A stretch of DNA of 58,918 nucleotides from a virus (taxonomy: Duplodnaviria; Caudoviricetes), in IMG/VR virus record IMGVR_UViG_3300046167_000387, positions 1-58,918 of that record; one strand, written 5' to 3'. Shown here one piece after another: positions 16,421 through 27,100 of this stretch. The notes under the pieces are model-generated. The model was not told where the DNA came from. It made no database searches and worked only from the letters and a program-made list of their open reading frames with translations. The stretch's first letter is position 1; every line of letters begins with the position of its first letter. Both the position numbers and the translations under genes were made by a program.

Positions 16421-18847
16421 ATGGCTGAGTCAGTTATAACAAGTTATTTTCCAAGTCAAATAGCTAGTGATCAAGAAAAGCAATCGCTAGAATACGGAAC
16501 AACAGTTGGTAGAGCTATCGAAAGAGAATGGTTTAATAATGATAATGGCAATAGCCGTTTTAAAAGTAACCAAGTTTCTTTTCACAACCTAAGACTGTAT
16601 GCTCGAGGAGAACAAAGTATTCAAAAATACAAAGATGAGTTATCTATAAACGGTGATTTATCTTATTTAAACTTAGACTGGAAACCAGTGCCTATTATAC
16701 CTAAGTTTGTAGACATAGTTGTTAACGGTATTTCAGATAGACAATTTGATATAAAAGCATATTCACAAGATCCTTATGGAGTAAACAAAAGGACTAGGTA
16801 TATGGAGTCTCTTATTAGAGATATGCAAACTAAAGAATTAAATGAATTCGCAGAAGCAGAATTTGGAGTTAATTTGTTTGAAAACGACCCAGAAACATTG
16901 CCAAAAAACAAAGAAGAGTTAGATGTGCATATGCAGCTTAGCTACAAGCAACAAGTTGAGTTAGCTGAAGAGCAAGCTTTAAATGTATTGTTAGACGGTA
17001 ATAAGTATGACCTCATAAAAAGAAGATGTAATTACGATATAACTACTATAGGTATAGGCGCTGTAAAAAATACTTTTACAAAAGCGGAAGGTGCTAAAGT
17101 AGAATATGTAGACCCAGTTAATTTAGTTTGGTCATATACTGATTCACCTTATTTTGACGATATATATTACGTAGGAGAAGTTAAGTCGGTGCACTTAAAT
17201 GAAATTAAGAAAGAATTCCCTTGGTTAACAAATGATGATTTAAAAGAAATAGCAAGCCAGTCTGTAAGTAATAGTGGTTTTTATAATAGAACTATAAATA
17301 ACAAAGACGAAGACGATTCTAATACTGTTCAAGTACTGTACTTTAATTACAAAACTTTCACAAACGAAGTTTACAAAGTAAAAGAAACAGCTACCGGGGC
17401 TTCTAAGATAATACCTAAAACAGATGAGTTTAATCCTCCTGAAGAAATGTACGAGGAATATGGTATATCAAAATTGTCTCAGTCGTTAGAAGTATTATAT
17501 GAAGGAGTAAAGATTGTAGGTGGTAAAATGCTTAAATGGGAACTTGCTAAAAACATGATACGTCCTAAGAGTGATTATACTAAAGCTAAAATGAATTACA
17601 GTATTGTTGCCCCTAGAATGTATAAAGGTAGAATAGAGAGTATCGTTTCGCGTATAACAGGTTTTGCTGATATGATTCAGTTAACGCATTTAAAATTACA
17701 GCAAGTAATGTCTAGAATGGTTCCTGATGGAGTATATCTTGACGCAGATGGTTTAGCTGAAGTTGATCTAGGTAATGGTACAAATTACAATCCACAAGAA
17801 GCATTAAATATGTTTTTTCAAACAGGTTCTGTAATTGGTAGATCATTTACGCAGGATGGGGATATGAATCCAGGTAAAGTGCCTATTCAAGAAATATCAA
17901 CTGGTTCAGGTGGTGGAAAAATGCAAAGCCTTATAAGCAACTATAATTACTACATGCAGATGATCCGTGATGTAACCGGTCTTAACGAAGCTAGAGATGG
18001 AAGTACTCCAGATTCTAGAGCATTGGTTGGTGTTCAAAAAATAGCTGCAGCAAATTCCAACGTAGCTACAAGACATATATTAGATGGTAGTTTGTTTTTA
18101 ACAGCTGACCTATGCGAGGGTTTATCTTTAAGAATTTCAGATATAATAGAGTACTCTCCAACTAGAGAAGCTTTCATTCACAAAATAGGTAACCAAAATG
18201 TCGCTGTATTAGAAGAAATGAAAAACCTTCACTTGTATGACTTTGGTATTTTTATAGAGCTACAACCAGATGAAGAAGAAAAAGCTGTATTAGAAAACAA
18301 TATTCAAGCAGCTGTTCAAAGTGGACTTATTGATTTATCAGATGCTATTGACCTTAGAGAGATTAAAAACTTAAAGCTAGCTAATCAATTACTAAAGATA
18401 AGAAGAGTAGAGAAACAAAAGCGTGACCAACAAATTCAACAGCAAAATATACAAGCACAAGCAGATGCAAACGCTCAAGCTCAACAGGTAGCTGCTCAAG
18501 CAGAGGTGCAAAAGAATCAAGCTCTTACACAACAAAAGATAGAATTAGAAAACGTTAAAGCTGGTATTGCTGATCAAAAACTAATGAAAGAAGCTACATT
18601 AAAGAAAGAGCTTATGCAATTAGAATTTGAAATGAATATGCAATTGAAAGGTATAGAAGTAAACAATCGTAAAGCAGAAGTAAGCGATAAAGAAGATCGA
18701 AAAGACGAAAGAACTAAATTACAAGCAACACAGCAAAGCGAATTAATAAATCAAAGACAAAACAGTTTACCGCCTAAAAACTTCGAATCCTCAGGAAACG
18801 ATATACTTAGCGGTGATTTCAGCTTAGGTTCCTTTGATCCTAAGTAA
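16421..18847 (+). CDS. portal protein
   Basis: 808 aa after TerL; PIIPKFVD, RDVTGLN, Q-rich C-terminal coiled-coil barrel. Confidence 0.88.
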   Translation: MAESVITSYFPSQIASDQEKQSLEYGTTVGRAIEREWFNNDNGNSRFKSNQVSFHNLRLYARGEQSIQKYKDELSINGDLSYLNLDWKPVPIIPKFVDIVVNGISDRQFDIKAYSQDPYGVNKRTRYMESLIRDMQTKELNEFAEAEFGVNLFENDPETLPKNKEELDVHMQLSYKQQVELAEEQALNVLLDGNKYDLIKRRCNYDITTIGIGAVKNTFTKAEGAKVEYVDPVNLVWSYTDSPYFDDIYYVGEVKSVHLNEIKKEFPWLTNDDLKEIASQSVSNSGFYNRTINNKDEDDSNTVQVLYFNYKTFTNEVYKVKETATGASKIIPKTDEFNPPEEMYEEYGISKLSQSLEVLYEGVKIVGGKMLKWELAKNMIRPKSDYTKAKMNYSIVAPRMYKGRIESIVSRITGFADMIQLTHLKLQQVMSRMVPDGVYLDADGLAEVDLGNGTNYNPQEALNMFFQTGSVIGRSFTQDGDMNPGKVPIQEISTGSGGGKMQSLISNYNYYMQMIRDVTGLNEARDGSTPDSRALVGVQKIAAANSNVATRHILDGSLFLTADLCEGLSLRISDIIEYSPTREAFIHKIGNQNVAVLEEMKNLHLYDFGIFIELQPDEEEKAVLENNIQAAVQSGLIDLSDAIDLREIKNLKLANQLLKIRRVEKQKRDQQIQQQNIQAQADANAQAQQVAAQAEVQKNQALTQQKIELENVKAGIADQKLMKEATLKKELMQLEFEMNMQLKGIEVNNRKAEVSDKEDRKDERTKLQATQQSELINQRQNSLPPKNFESSGNDILSGDFSLGSFDPK

Positions 18848-18879
18848 TAATAATAGTAACAATTATATAATATTTTATC

Positions 18880-20067
18880 ATGGAAGAACAATTAGAACAA
18901 GCTAACCCTGAATTAGAGGCAACTAAAATAGAAGACGCTAATCCTATGTCATTCGAAGAAGGGGTTATTAAGGTTAACTTAGATGACCTTAATAAACCTC
19001 AAGAGGAAAGTGTTCCAGAAGCACAACCAGAACCAGAAGCGATTATAAATGAAAAAGCTGAAACTGAAGAGGTAGCTGAAGCGCCAGAGGCACCGGTTCA
19101 AGAATTACAGCAAGAACCGGAATCATATATTGAAGAAGTAACAAACGAAGAAGCCCAGGAAGTTCAAGAAACTCAGGAAGTTGCTGAAGAATTAGAAGAA
19201 CAGGTAGAACAAGCATTAGTTGAGGCAGAGGCTGGTGGAGAATTACCTGAGAATATACAGAAGGTGGTTGAGTTCATGAATGAAACAGGCGGAAGCTTAG
19301 AGGATTACGTAAAACTAAATACAGATTACTCTTCTTTAAACGAAGATCAATTACTTAGAGAATACTACGAAAGCACAAGACCCCATTTGGATAAAGAGGA
19401 TATTGATTTTTTAATGGAAGATAATTTTTCATTTGATGAAGATATAGATGAAGAAAGAGATATACGTAGAAAGAAAATAAGCAAAAGAGAAGAGCTTTCA
19501 AAAGCTAAAAATCACCTAGACGGATTAAAAACTAGGTATTATGATGAAATAAAAACTGGGTCTAAATTAAATCCAGAGCAAGCAAAAGCGGTGGAATTCT
19601 TCAACCGTTATAAACAAGAAAATGAAGAAGCAACTAAAATAGCTGAAAGCCAGTTATCTACATTTAAAAACAAAACAGAAAGTCTGTTTTCTAATGATTT
19701 CAAAGGTTTTGATTTCAACGTTGGAGAAAAGAAATTTCGTTTTAAAGTAAACAATGTAGATCAGGTAAAAGACACCCAAAGCGACATCAATAATTTAGTC
19801 AAGAAGTTCTTGAACGATAAAAATGAAATGAATGACGCTGCAGGTTATCACAAGTCTTTATTTACAGCTATGAACGCAGATAAGATTGCCAATCACTTTT
19901 ATGAGCAAGGAAAATCCGATGCCATGAAGTCTAGTATACAGAAAGCAAAGAATATTGACATGAATCCTCGAGGGGCCCATGAAAATGTTAAACCGCCTAA
20001 TGGCTGGACAGTGAAGTCAATTAAGACTGGTAGTTCTTCTAAATTTGGAATAAAAACTAGAAAATAA
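18880..20067 (+). CDS. capsid scaffolding protein
   Basis: Acidic, helical, between portal and capsid. Confidence 0.7.
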   Translation: MEEQLEQANPELEATKIEDANPMSFEEGVIKVNLDDLNKPQEESVPEAQPEPEAIINEKAETEEVAEAPEAPVQELQQEPESYIEEVTNEEAQEVQETQEVAEELEEQVEQALVEAEAGGELPENIQKVVEFMNETGGSLEDYVKLNTDYSSLNEDQLLREYYESTRPHLDKEDIDFLMEDNFSFDEDIDEERDIRRKKISKREELSKAKNHLDGLKTRYYDEIKTGSKLNPEQAKAVEFFNRYKQENEEATKIAESQLSTFKNKTESLFSNDFKGFDFNVGEKKFRFKVNNVDQVKDTQSDINNLVKKFLNDKNEMNDAAGYHKSLFTAMNADKIANHFYEQGKSDAMKSSIQKAKNIDMNPRGAHENVKPPNGWTVKSIKTGSSSKFGIKTRK

Positions 20068-20086
20068 AACTTAAAAACTTAAAATT

Positions 20087-21508
20087 ATGGCATTCACAGG
20101 AAGTGCAGGAGCATTAGCACATTTGACTCCAAGACCAACACAAACTTTATTTAACGACAACTATCTCTCTTTAGCAGAGATGAACTTTACACAACAATTC
20201 TTACCAGAAGTATATGAGAAAGAAGTAGAAAGATACGGAAACCGTACTATCTCTGGATTCTTACGTATGGTAGGTGCTGAAATGCCTATGGCATCTGATC
20301 AAGTAGTTTGGTCTGAGCAAGGTAGATTACATATTGCTTACGACGATGTAACTGTTACAAACGGAACTACTATTTCCATCCCAGCAGAGGGTGGTGCTTC
20401 AAAAAACCTTATCGGAGCAGGAGCTACTATCGTAATAGCTAACGCAGCAGGAACAACTGTTGAAAAAGCATATGTAAAAACTGTATCTGTAGCGGGAAGT
20501 GGTGTTGCTACTCTTACTGTTGCTGGTTACGCAGGAGCTATTAGCTTTACTGCAACTGGAGACGCGAAAGTATTTGTATATGGATCTGAGTACGCAAAAG
20601 GGACTAGCAATGCTGGAACTTCAGTAGACGCTGCTTTTGAGCAATTCAGTAACCAACCAATTATACTTAGAGATAAGTACAATGTAAACGGTTCTGATAC
20701 AGCACAAATCGGATGGGTTGAAGTAACTACTGAGGCTGGAACTTCTGGATACTTATGGTACTTAAAATCTGAGCACGAAGCTAGAATCCGTTTTGAAGAC
20801 CAATTAGAAATGTCTATGATTGAAGCTGAAAAATCATCAGCAGGAATTACTGTAGATAACACTAACAACAACTTCGGAGGAGGAAGCACTATAAAAGGTT
20901 CTGACGGTTTATTCGCAGCTCTTGAAAATAGAGGTCTTGTTTACGCTTCAGCATCTTTCGCTGGCCCAGATGGATTATCAGATTTCGATACTATCTTACA
21001 AGAACTTGACAAGCAAGGAGCTATTGAGGAAAACATGATGTTTTTAGATAGAGCTTCTTCTTTAGCTATCGACAACATGCTAGCCTCACAAAATTCTTAC
21101 GGAACAGGTGGAACATCTTACGGTGTATTCGATAACTCTGAAGATATGGCTTTAAACTTAGGTTTCTCAGGATTCCGAAGAGGTTCTTATGACTTCTACA
21201 AAACTGACTGGAAATACTTAAACGATTCTACTACTCGTGGATTAGTTGGAGATATTGAAGGTGTTATTGTACCAGCTGGAACTTCTACAGTTTACGATCA
21301 GCAATTAGGTAAAAACATTTCAAGACCATTCTTACACGTACGTTATAGAGCTTCTGAAGCTGATGACAGAAAAATGAAATCTTGGATTACTGGATCTGTT
21401 GGTGGAAACTATACAAGTGACGAAGATGCAATGAATGTACACTTCTTATCTGAAAGATGTTTATGCGTACAAGGTGCTAACAACTTTGTATTATTGAAAA
21501 AAGCGTAG
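20087..21508 (+). CDS. major capsid protein
   Basis: Position, size, strongly biased codon usage, WSEQGRLH and GFSGFRRG motifs. Confidence 0.88.
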   Translation: MAFTGSAGALAHLTPRPTQTLFNDNYLSLAEMNFTQQFLPEVYEKEVERYGNRTISGFLRMVGAEMPMASDQVVWSEQGRLHIAYDDVTVTNGTTISIPAEGGASKNLIGAGATIVIANAAGTTVEKAYVKTVSVAGSGVATLTVAGYAGAISFTATGDAKVFVYGSEYAKGTSNAGTSVDAAFEQFSNQPIILRDKYNVNGSDTAQIGWVEVTTEAGTSGYLWYLKSEHEARIRFEDQLEMSMIEAEKSSAGITVDNTNNNFGGGSTIKGSDGLFAALENRGLVYASASFAGPDGLSDFDTILQELDKQGAIEENMMFLDRASSLAIDNMLASQNSYGTGGTSYGVFDNSEDMALNLGFSGFRRGSYDFYKTDWKYLNDSTTRGLVGDIEGVIVPAGTSTVYDQQLGKNISRPFLHVRYRASEADDRKMKSWITGSVGGNYTSDEDAMNVHFLSERCLCVQGANNFVLLKKA

Positions 21509-21520
21509 AGCTAAATTAAT

Positions 21521-21560
21521 GTAATTATTACCCTCGTTGAATCTACGGGGGTAATTATTA
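21521..21560 (+). terminator. hairpin after capsid gene
   Basis: ATTACCCTCGT-TGAATCT-ACGGGGGTAAT. Confidence 0.65.
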
Positions 21561-21591
21561 CTCTTATTAAACTATTAAATTATATTATATC

Positions 21592-22407
21592 ATGGCTAAA
21601 CAAGCTACAGCTAAGAAAGTTGAGGTTGCTCCTCAGCAAGCAGTTAAACCTGCTGTAAAAACACCTACTAAACCAGTATTTGAATTTAAAGACAGAACGT
21701 ACTATATAGCTACAGGTAAATCTCCTTTAGTTTACGCACTTAATTCAAGGCATTCTTCAAGAAAACCTTTATTGTATTTTGACAAAGAATCTGGTTACCA
21801 AAGAGAGTTAAGGTACGCTACTAATCAAAAATCTCCATTTGTAGATGAACAAAAAGGAGAAAGTACTTTAGGTAGAATTGTTTTTAGGAACGGTACATTA
21901 ACAGTAAAGAAAGAGGATGTTAATCTTCAGAAATTATTATCTTTATATCACCCATTAAAAGATAAGATATATAGAGAGCTTGATAAAGAAGCTGAATCTG
22001 TTAATGAATTAGATTGGATTGAATTAGAATTAGAGGCTCTTATGGCTGCTAAAAACATTGAAATCGATCATGCTGAAGCTATCTTAAGATCGGAATTGGG
22101 GGAAGAAGTTACAAGGCTATCTTCTAGTGAATTGAAAAGAGACTTAATGATATTTGCAAAAAGAAATCCTGCTTTATTTTTAGATTTAGCTAATGACGAT
22201 CATATTCAATTAAGAAATACTGGAGCAAAAGCTGTTGAAGCTGGTATCCTGAACCTATCTGCTGATCAACGTACATTTACTTACGGAGCCGGAGGTAGAA
22301 AATTAATGACAGTGCCTTTTGATGAACATCCTTATTCAGCATTAGCGTCTTACTTTAAGACCGATGATGGAATGGAAGTTTACAAAGCAATTTTAAAAAG
22401 ACTTTAA
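21592..22407 (+). CDS. conserved hypothetical protein of the head module
   Basis: ORF track; follows the capsid gene. Confidence 0.75.
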   Translation: MAKQATAKKVEVAPQQAVKPAVKTPTKPVFEFKDRTYYIATGKSPLVYALNSRHSSRKPLLYFDKESGYQRELRYATNQKSPFVDEQKGESTLGRIVFRNGTLTVKKEDVNLQKLLSLYHPLKDKIYRELDKEAESVNELDWIELELEALMAAKNIEIDHAEAILRSELGEEVTRLSSSELKRDLMIFAKRNPALFLDLANDDHIQLRNTGAKAVEAGILNLSADQRTFTYGAGGRKLMTVPFDEHPYSALASYFKTDDGMEVYKAILKRL

Positions 22408-22420
22408 TAGAGTCACTATA

Positions 22421-22457
22421 TAGTAGTTAGGCTGCTTTAATAGTGGCCTAATTATTA
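22421..22457 (+). terminator. hairpin
   Basis: TAGTAGTTAGGCTGCT-TTAAT-AGTGGCCTAATTATTA. Confidence 0.55.
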
Positions 22458-22479
22458 TAAATAAATAAAAAAATAAATT

Positions 22480-23211
22480 ATGGCTGTAAGCGTAGATGCT
22501 GTTTATCAGAAAGTATTAGCAATACTAAATAAAGAACAAAGAGGCTATGTAACTCCTCAAGAGTTTAACCTATTTGCTAATCAAGCACAAAGTGATCTTT
22601 TTGAGCAATACTTTTATGACATAAATCAATTTGGTAGAGTACCTGGAAACAGTACAGAGTATTCAGATATGTTAACTCTACTTAATGAAAAAATAAATAT
22701 TTTTGAAAATATAGCAGAACCTACTAGGTCTGGATTATATTTTATACCACCTAGTGATTTATATAGACTAGGTTCAGTAGTTTACAAAAATACAACAACC
22801 GATTCTTTCGGTACTTCTTCAACAGAAAGCGTCGAAGCAGAGCGTATAAATGCAAATGAATTTTTGTACATAAACGCATCACCTTTGACTAAACCAAAAA
22901 ACGTTAGACCTGTATTTGTATCTAATTCAAGTGGGATTAGAATTTATGGAAATTCAGAGATTACCGATACTACTAAGGTAGAGTTACAATATATAAAGAA
23001 ACCGGCTAAAGTTGAATGGAACTATCAAATGGTATTTGGAGAAGCTTTGTACGATTCATCGTCGTCTGTAGATTTTGAGTTACATACAGCGGAAGAAGTA
23101 GAGCTTGTTGTTAAAATACTAGAATTATGTGGTTTATTAATAAAAGACATTAACTTGTATCAGGTGATGAACCAAGAAGAACAAGAGACTATTCAACAAG
23201 AAAAAGCATAA
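22480..23211 (+). CDS. tail ring/adaptor protein
   Basis: NKEQRGYVTPQEFN, LQYIKKP; position. Confidence 0.7.
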   Translation: MAVSVDAVYQKVLAILNKEQRGYVTPQEFNLFANQAQSDLFEQYFYDINQFGRVPGNSTEYSDMLTLLNEKINIFENIAEPTRSGLYFIPPSDLYRLGSVVYKNTTTDSFGTSSTESVEAERINANEFLYINASPLTKPKNVRPVFVSNSSGIRIYGNSEITDTTKVELQYIKKPAKVEWNYQMVFGEALYDSSSSVDFELHTAEEVELVVKILELCGLLIKDINLYQVMNQEEQETIQQEKA

Positions 23212-23214
23212 TAT

Positions 23215-24126
23215 ATGGGTTTAATAAATAAAACAGACGAACAATATTACTTAGGCTCAGACGGTGTTTGGGATAGCTGGGATGAGAATTACGGTAGTTA
23301 TCAGTTTACTAGCATAAAAGATATTATAAACAACTTCATAATATCTTACACAGGAGAAGATAAAATTATAAGTAAAGTAAAAAGATCTGATGTAGCTTTC
23401 CATGCCCAACGCGGAATTCAAGAGTTTAGTTTTGACATTTTGCCTTCTATTAAATCACAAGAGATAGAGATAGGTGCTCGTTTAAATTTTGTACTACCTA
23501 AGGATTATGTAAATTATGTAAAGTTTACTTGGACAGATGATAACGGTATAGAAAGAGTTATATATCCAACTAATAAAACTAGTAACCCATCTGGCATTGT
23601 ACAAGATGAAGATGCTCAGTATCTTTTTGACGAACCGTCTAGCGAGATTATTTTATCCGAAAACTCACGTACTTTAGATAAGTTTCAATCCGAGAAATCT
23701 AGCAACAAAGGCGGCTTGGACAACGTGGATAATTTAGATTCGTTGTCTTCAAATCGTTTTGGTAGAAGATATGGGTTAACACCTGAAAACGCTCAATCAA
23801 ACGGAGTATTTTTTATAGATAAACTAAAGGGAGTTGCGTTTTTTGATTCTTCTTTCGTGGGTAAAATTGTTACGCTTAAGTATATTTCAGATGGTCTTGG
23901 TACAGACGAAGAAATGACTGTTCACAAATTCGCAGAGGAAGCATTGTATAAATATATTGCTTACGCTATTTTGTCTACTAGGTCAAATACACCTGAATAT
24001 GTAGTGTCAAGACTTAAAAAAGAAAGAGCAGCAGCGAAAAGAAATTCAAAAATAAGATTAGCTAATATTAAGATAGAGGAGATTGCGCAAGTAATGCGAA
24101 ATAAATCTAAGATTATAAAACACTAA
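23215..24126 (+). CDS. tail ring/structural protein
   Basis: LPKDYVNYVK, LKYISDG; position. Confidence 0.7.
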   Translation: MGLINKTDEQYYLGSDGVWDSWDENYGSYQFTSIKDIINNFIISYTGEDKIISKVKRSDVAFHAQRGIQEFSFDILPSIKSQEIEIGARLNFVLPKDYVNYVKFTWTDDNGIERVIYPTNKTSNPSGIVQDEDAQYLFDEPSSEIILSENSRTLDKFQSEKSSNKGGLDNVDNLDSLSSNRFGRRYGLTPENAQSNGVFFIDKLKGVAFFDSSFVGKIVTLKYISDGLGTDEEMTVHKFAEEALYKYIAYAILSTRSNTPEYVVSRLKKERAAAKRNSKIRLANIKIEEIAQVMRNKSKIIKH

Positions 24127-24129
24127 AAC

Positions 24130-27100
24130 ATGCCAGAATTATTGCACACGTTTACGTCAGGAAAAATGAATAAAGACCTTGACGAAAGGTTACTTCCTAA
24201 TGGCGAATATCGAGATGCTTTAAATTTAGAAGTAGCCTCATCTGATACTTCTCAGGTAGGCACATTTCAGAATTTAAAAGGTAATACTGAAAAATCATAT
24301 TCTAGCTACAATCCCACTACAAACCAATATACTGTATGGGATCCAGCTATATATATAAGCGCGTTAACTAACGCAGTATGTATAGGTTCCATTGCGGAGC
24401 CTAATTCAGATATGATATACTGGTTTATTACTTCAGACGAAGCAGATATAATAGCCAGCTATAACACGGTAACAAAAGTTACTTTACCTTTGATAGTAGA
24501 TGTTAAAAAGATTATAACAAGACAAGACGGATCAACATACAAAAATGGCGTTTTTAACTTCAATGCTGACCACCTAATTACGGGTGTAAACATAATAGAG
24601 GGTATATTGCTTTGGACAGATAACCAAACAGAACCTAAGCAAATATATATATCAGAATGGATTGGATCTACACCTGATTTCTTTACGCACTCACAATTTT
24701 ATAATAGAGATTTTATAGAGTCAGATACGACTGTTATAAAAAAGTTTCCGCTGCAGCCACCTACAATAACAGCTTATTCAACTTCAGCTGTTGATGATAA
24801 CGGCAACCCTGCGGTTGTAACTACTGCAACTTTATATTCATTTTATGTGCCAGACCCTTCGGGAGTACCTGGTCAAGCAATACCTATGACTCCGGATAGC
24901 GGGCCTCAGACTTTGCAGTGGCAAGGTAATAATTTACCTTTTTATAGGCCAGGTCAAATATTGTTATTAGTTAGTGCTTCCGCAGACTCCTTAGATCCAG
25001 CGTCTACTATCCGTGTTAGTATAGATAGCGTTATAGGATCAGGCGGTAATCAAACAGGAGCTGTGGTTACAGTTCTTTCAGTAGGTTTATCTGACGACGG
25101 AGGGCTAAATACACAAACTTTATATGACGTAACTTTAGAACAAGAAAAACCTTTTTTTGAATTTAGATTTGCTAGATTCGGCTACAGGTACAAATATAAA
25201 AACAACGAAGTATCAGCATATTCTCCTTTCACTAATCCAGCGTTTATTCCAGGAGAGTTTAACTACTCACCTAAGGAAGGTTACAACCTGGGTATGGTTA
25301 ATAATATAAGACAGCTTGAAATTTCAAACTTTATACCAACAGACGTGCCTGATGGTGTAGCAAGTGTGGATATCCTTTACAAAGCATCGAACAATTCTAA
25401 TGTCTATGTGGTTGATACTTTTAAAGAAACAGATTCAGAATGGATTTCCAATACATTCAATATATCAACCGAAATAATAAGTTCTGTTGTACAAAGCAAT
25501 CAGTTATTAAGACCTTACGATAATGTACCTAGATTCGCTTTAGGACAAGAAGTAATTGCTAACAGATTAATATTTGCGAATTACACGCAGAACTTTAACA
25601 TGTTAACGTCTAACTTAGACCCTCTTCAAGTTAATCTAAATGTATCTGCACTGTCGAGTCCAATACTAAGTACAGTAGGTGGCGTGGATATCGGTAAAGG
25701 TTTGGATGGTAAAAGCGTATATCCTTCTGTAAAAAGTATTAGAACCTATCAAATAGGTGTTGGTTACCAAGATGAATACGGTAGAACTACCCCGGTATTT
25801 ACAAGTAAAGATGCGTCTGTAGTGGTTGAAAAGTCGGAATCAGCATTTACAAATAGCTTGACAGCTCAGCTAGTTAATACAAAACCTTATTACGATCAAG
25901 GTAAGACTTTCTCTACTTTTAAATATTATGTAAAAGAAACTAGCCAGGAATATTATAATTTATGTTTAGACAGATTCTATGATGCCGAAGACGGTAATAT
26001 ATGGCTATCATTTCCATCTGCTGAAAGAAATAAAATAGATGAGGAAACTTTTCTTATATTAAAGAAAGAGCATGACAGCAATGAGGCGGTGACAGAGGAA
26101 GCAAGGTATAAAGTTATAGCTATTGAAAATGAAGCTCCTTTGTTTTTAAAAGAAACCAGACAGTCAATGGGAGTAATGCCTACGGAATTTTTTGCCGGGG
26201 GTGTACCTATAGAAGGCACTAATGAAGTGTGGGTAGAAAAAACAGGTACAACTCCAGCTGGATTTGATGAAATTTTTGGTGAAGACACGAGAACAGAATC
26301 TGGTTTACTTCTTAGAGTTATAAGTGCATCGAATCAAAGTGATTATTATAAGATTTCAACTTTTGGATTAGCAGGAGGTAATAATGAATATGTAAGAATA
26401 GTGTCTTCGAAACCATTTGAAGAGGATATGTTTTTTACAACCGTTAACCCAGACGGTTCTGGGGGTGTAGTTCCGGGTTTATCATTAGAGCTAGTAAGAA
26501 CTGAAACTTTGAACAAAGCAGAATTTACTGGTAGATTTTTTGTTAAAGTAAATGAAGACGCTTCTTTAAGAGAAAGAGTACTCGCTGCTAGTTCTACAGC
26601 TTCTAACAATTATGTAAGAAAAGCTTTTGAACCTGCCTACTATTTACAAGGGCAATATAGCACTTCAAATTGGTGGAGGAACAGGTGGCCCTACAATGAT
26701 GCGGTTAATGGTAGAAGCAGAATGTTTATAGACAACATGAGGACTACCTGTAGTAAGGATTTAAAAAACCTGACTGGGCAAGGTATTAAAAGCAACAGCA
26801 TGGATATATCTTATGCAGGAGGCTGGGGAAGAGGAGCTACTACATCTGGAATTTACAAGTCAAGGCCAGCTTTAGTGAAGCAATTAAGTTCAGTTGGCAC
26901 TTTGTTTAGATTTGTAGATGCTGGAAATGGAATATCAGACACAGATGGTACTATTTATAAGATAACAGCTTCGCACAAACAACTAGGTACTTGTTACCGC
27001 TGTAGCGGAGGTGGGCGTTTTAATGATGAATTAAATCAGTTTGTAAGATTTTCTATTGATTTTGTTCAATTAGATGATGGCTTTAGCGGATTGACTTGGA

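Noticed and set aside
2307-24539. Diversity-generating retroelement template/variable repeat pair
   Set aside because: Only 35 bp, no adenine-specific mismatches, and no reverse transcriptase recognised
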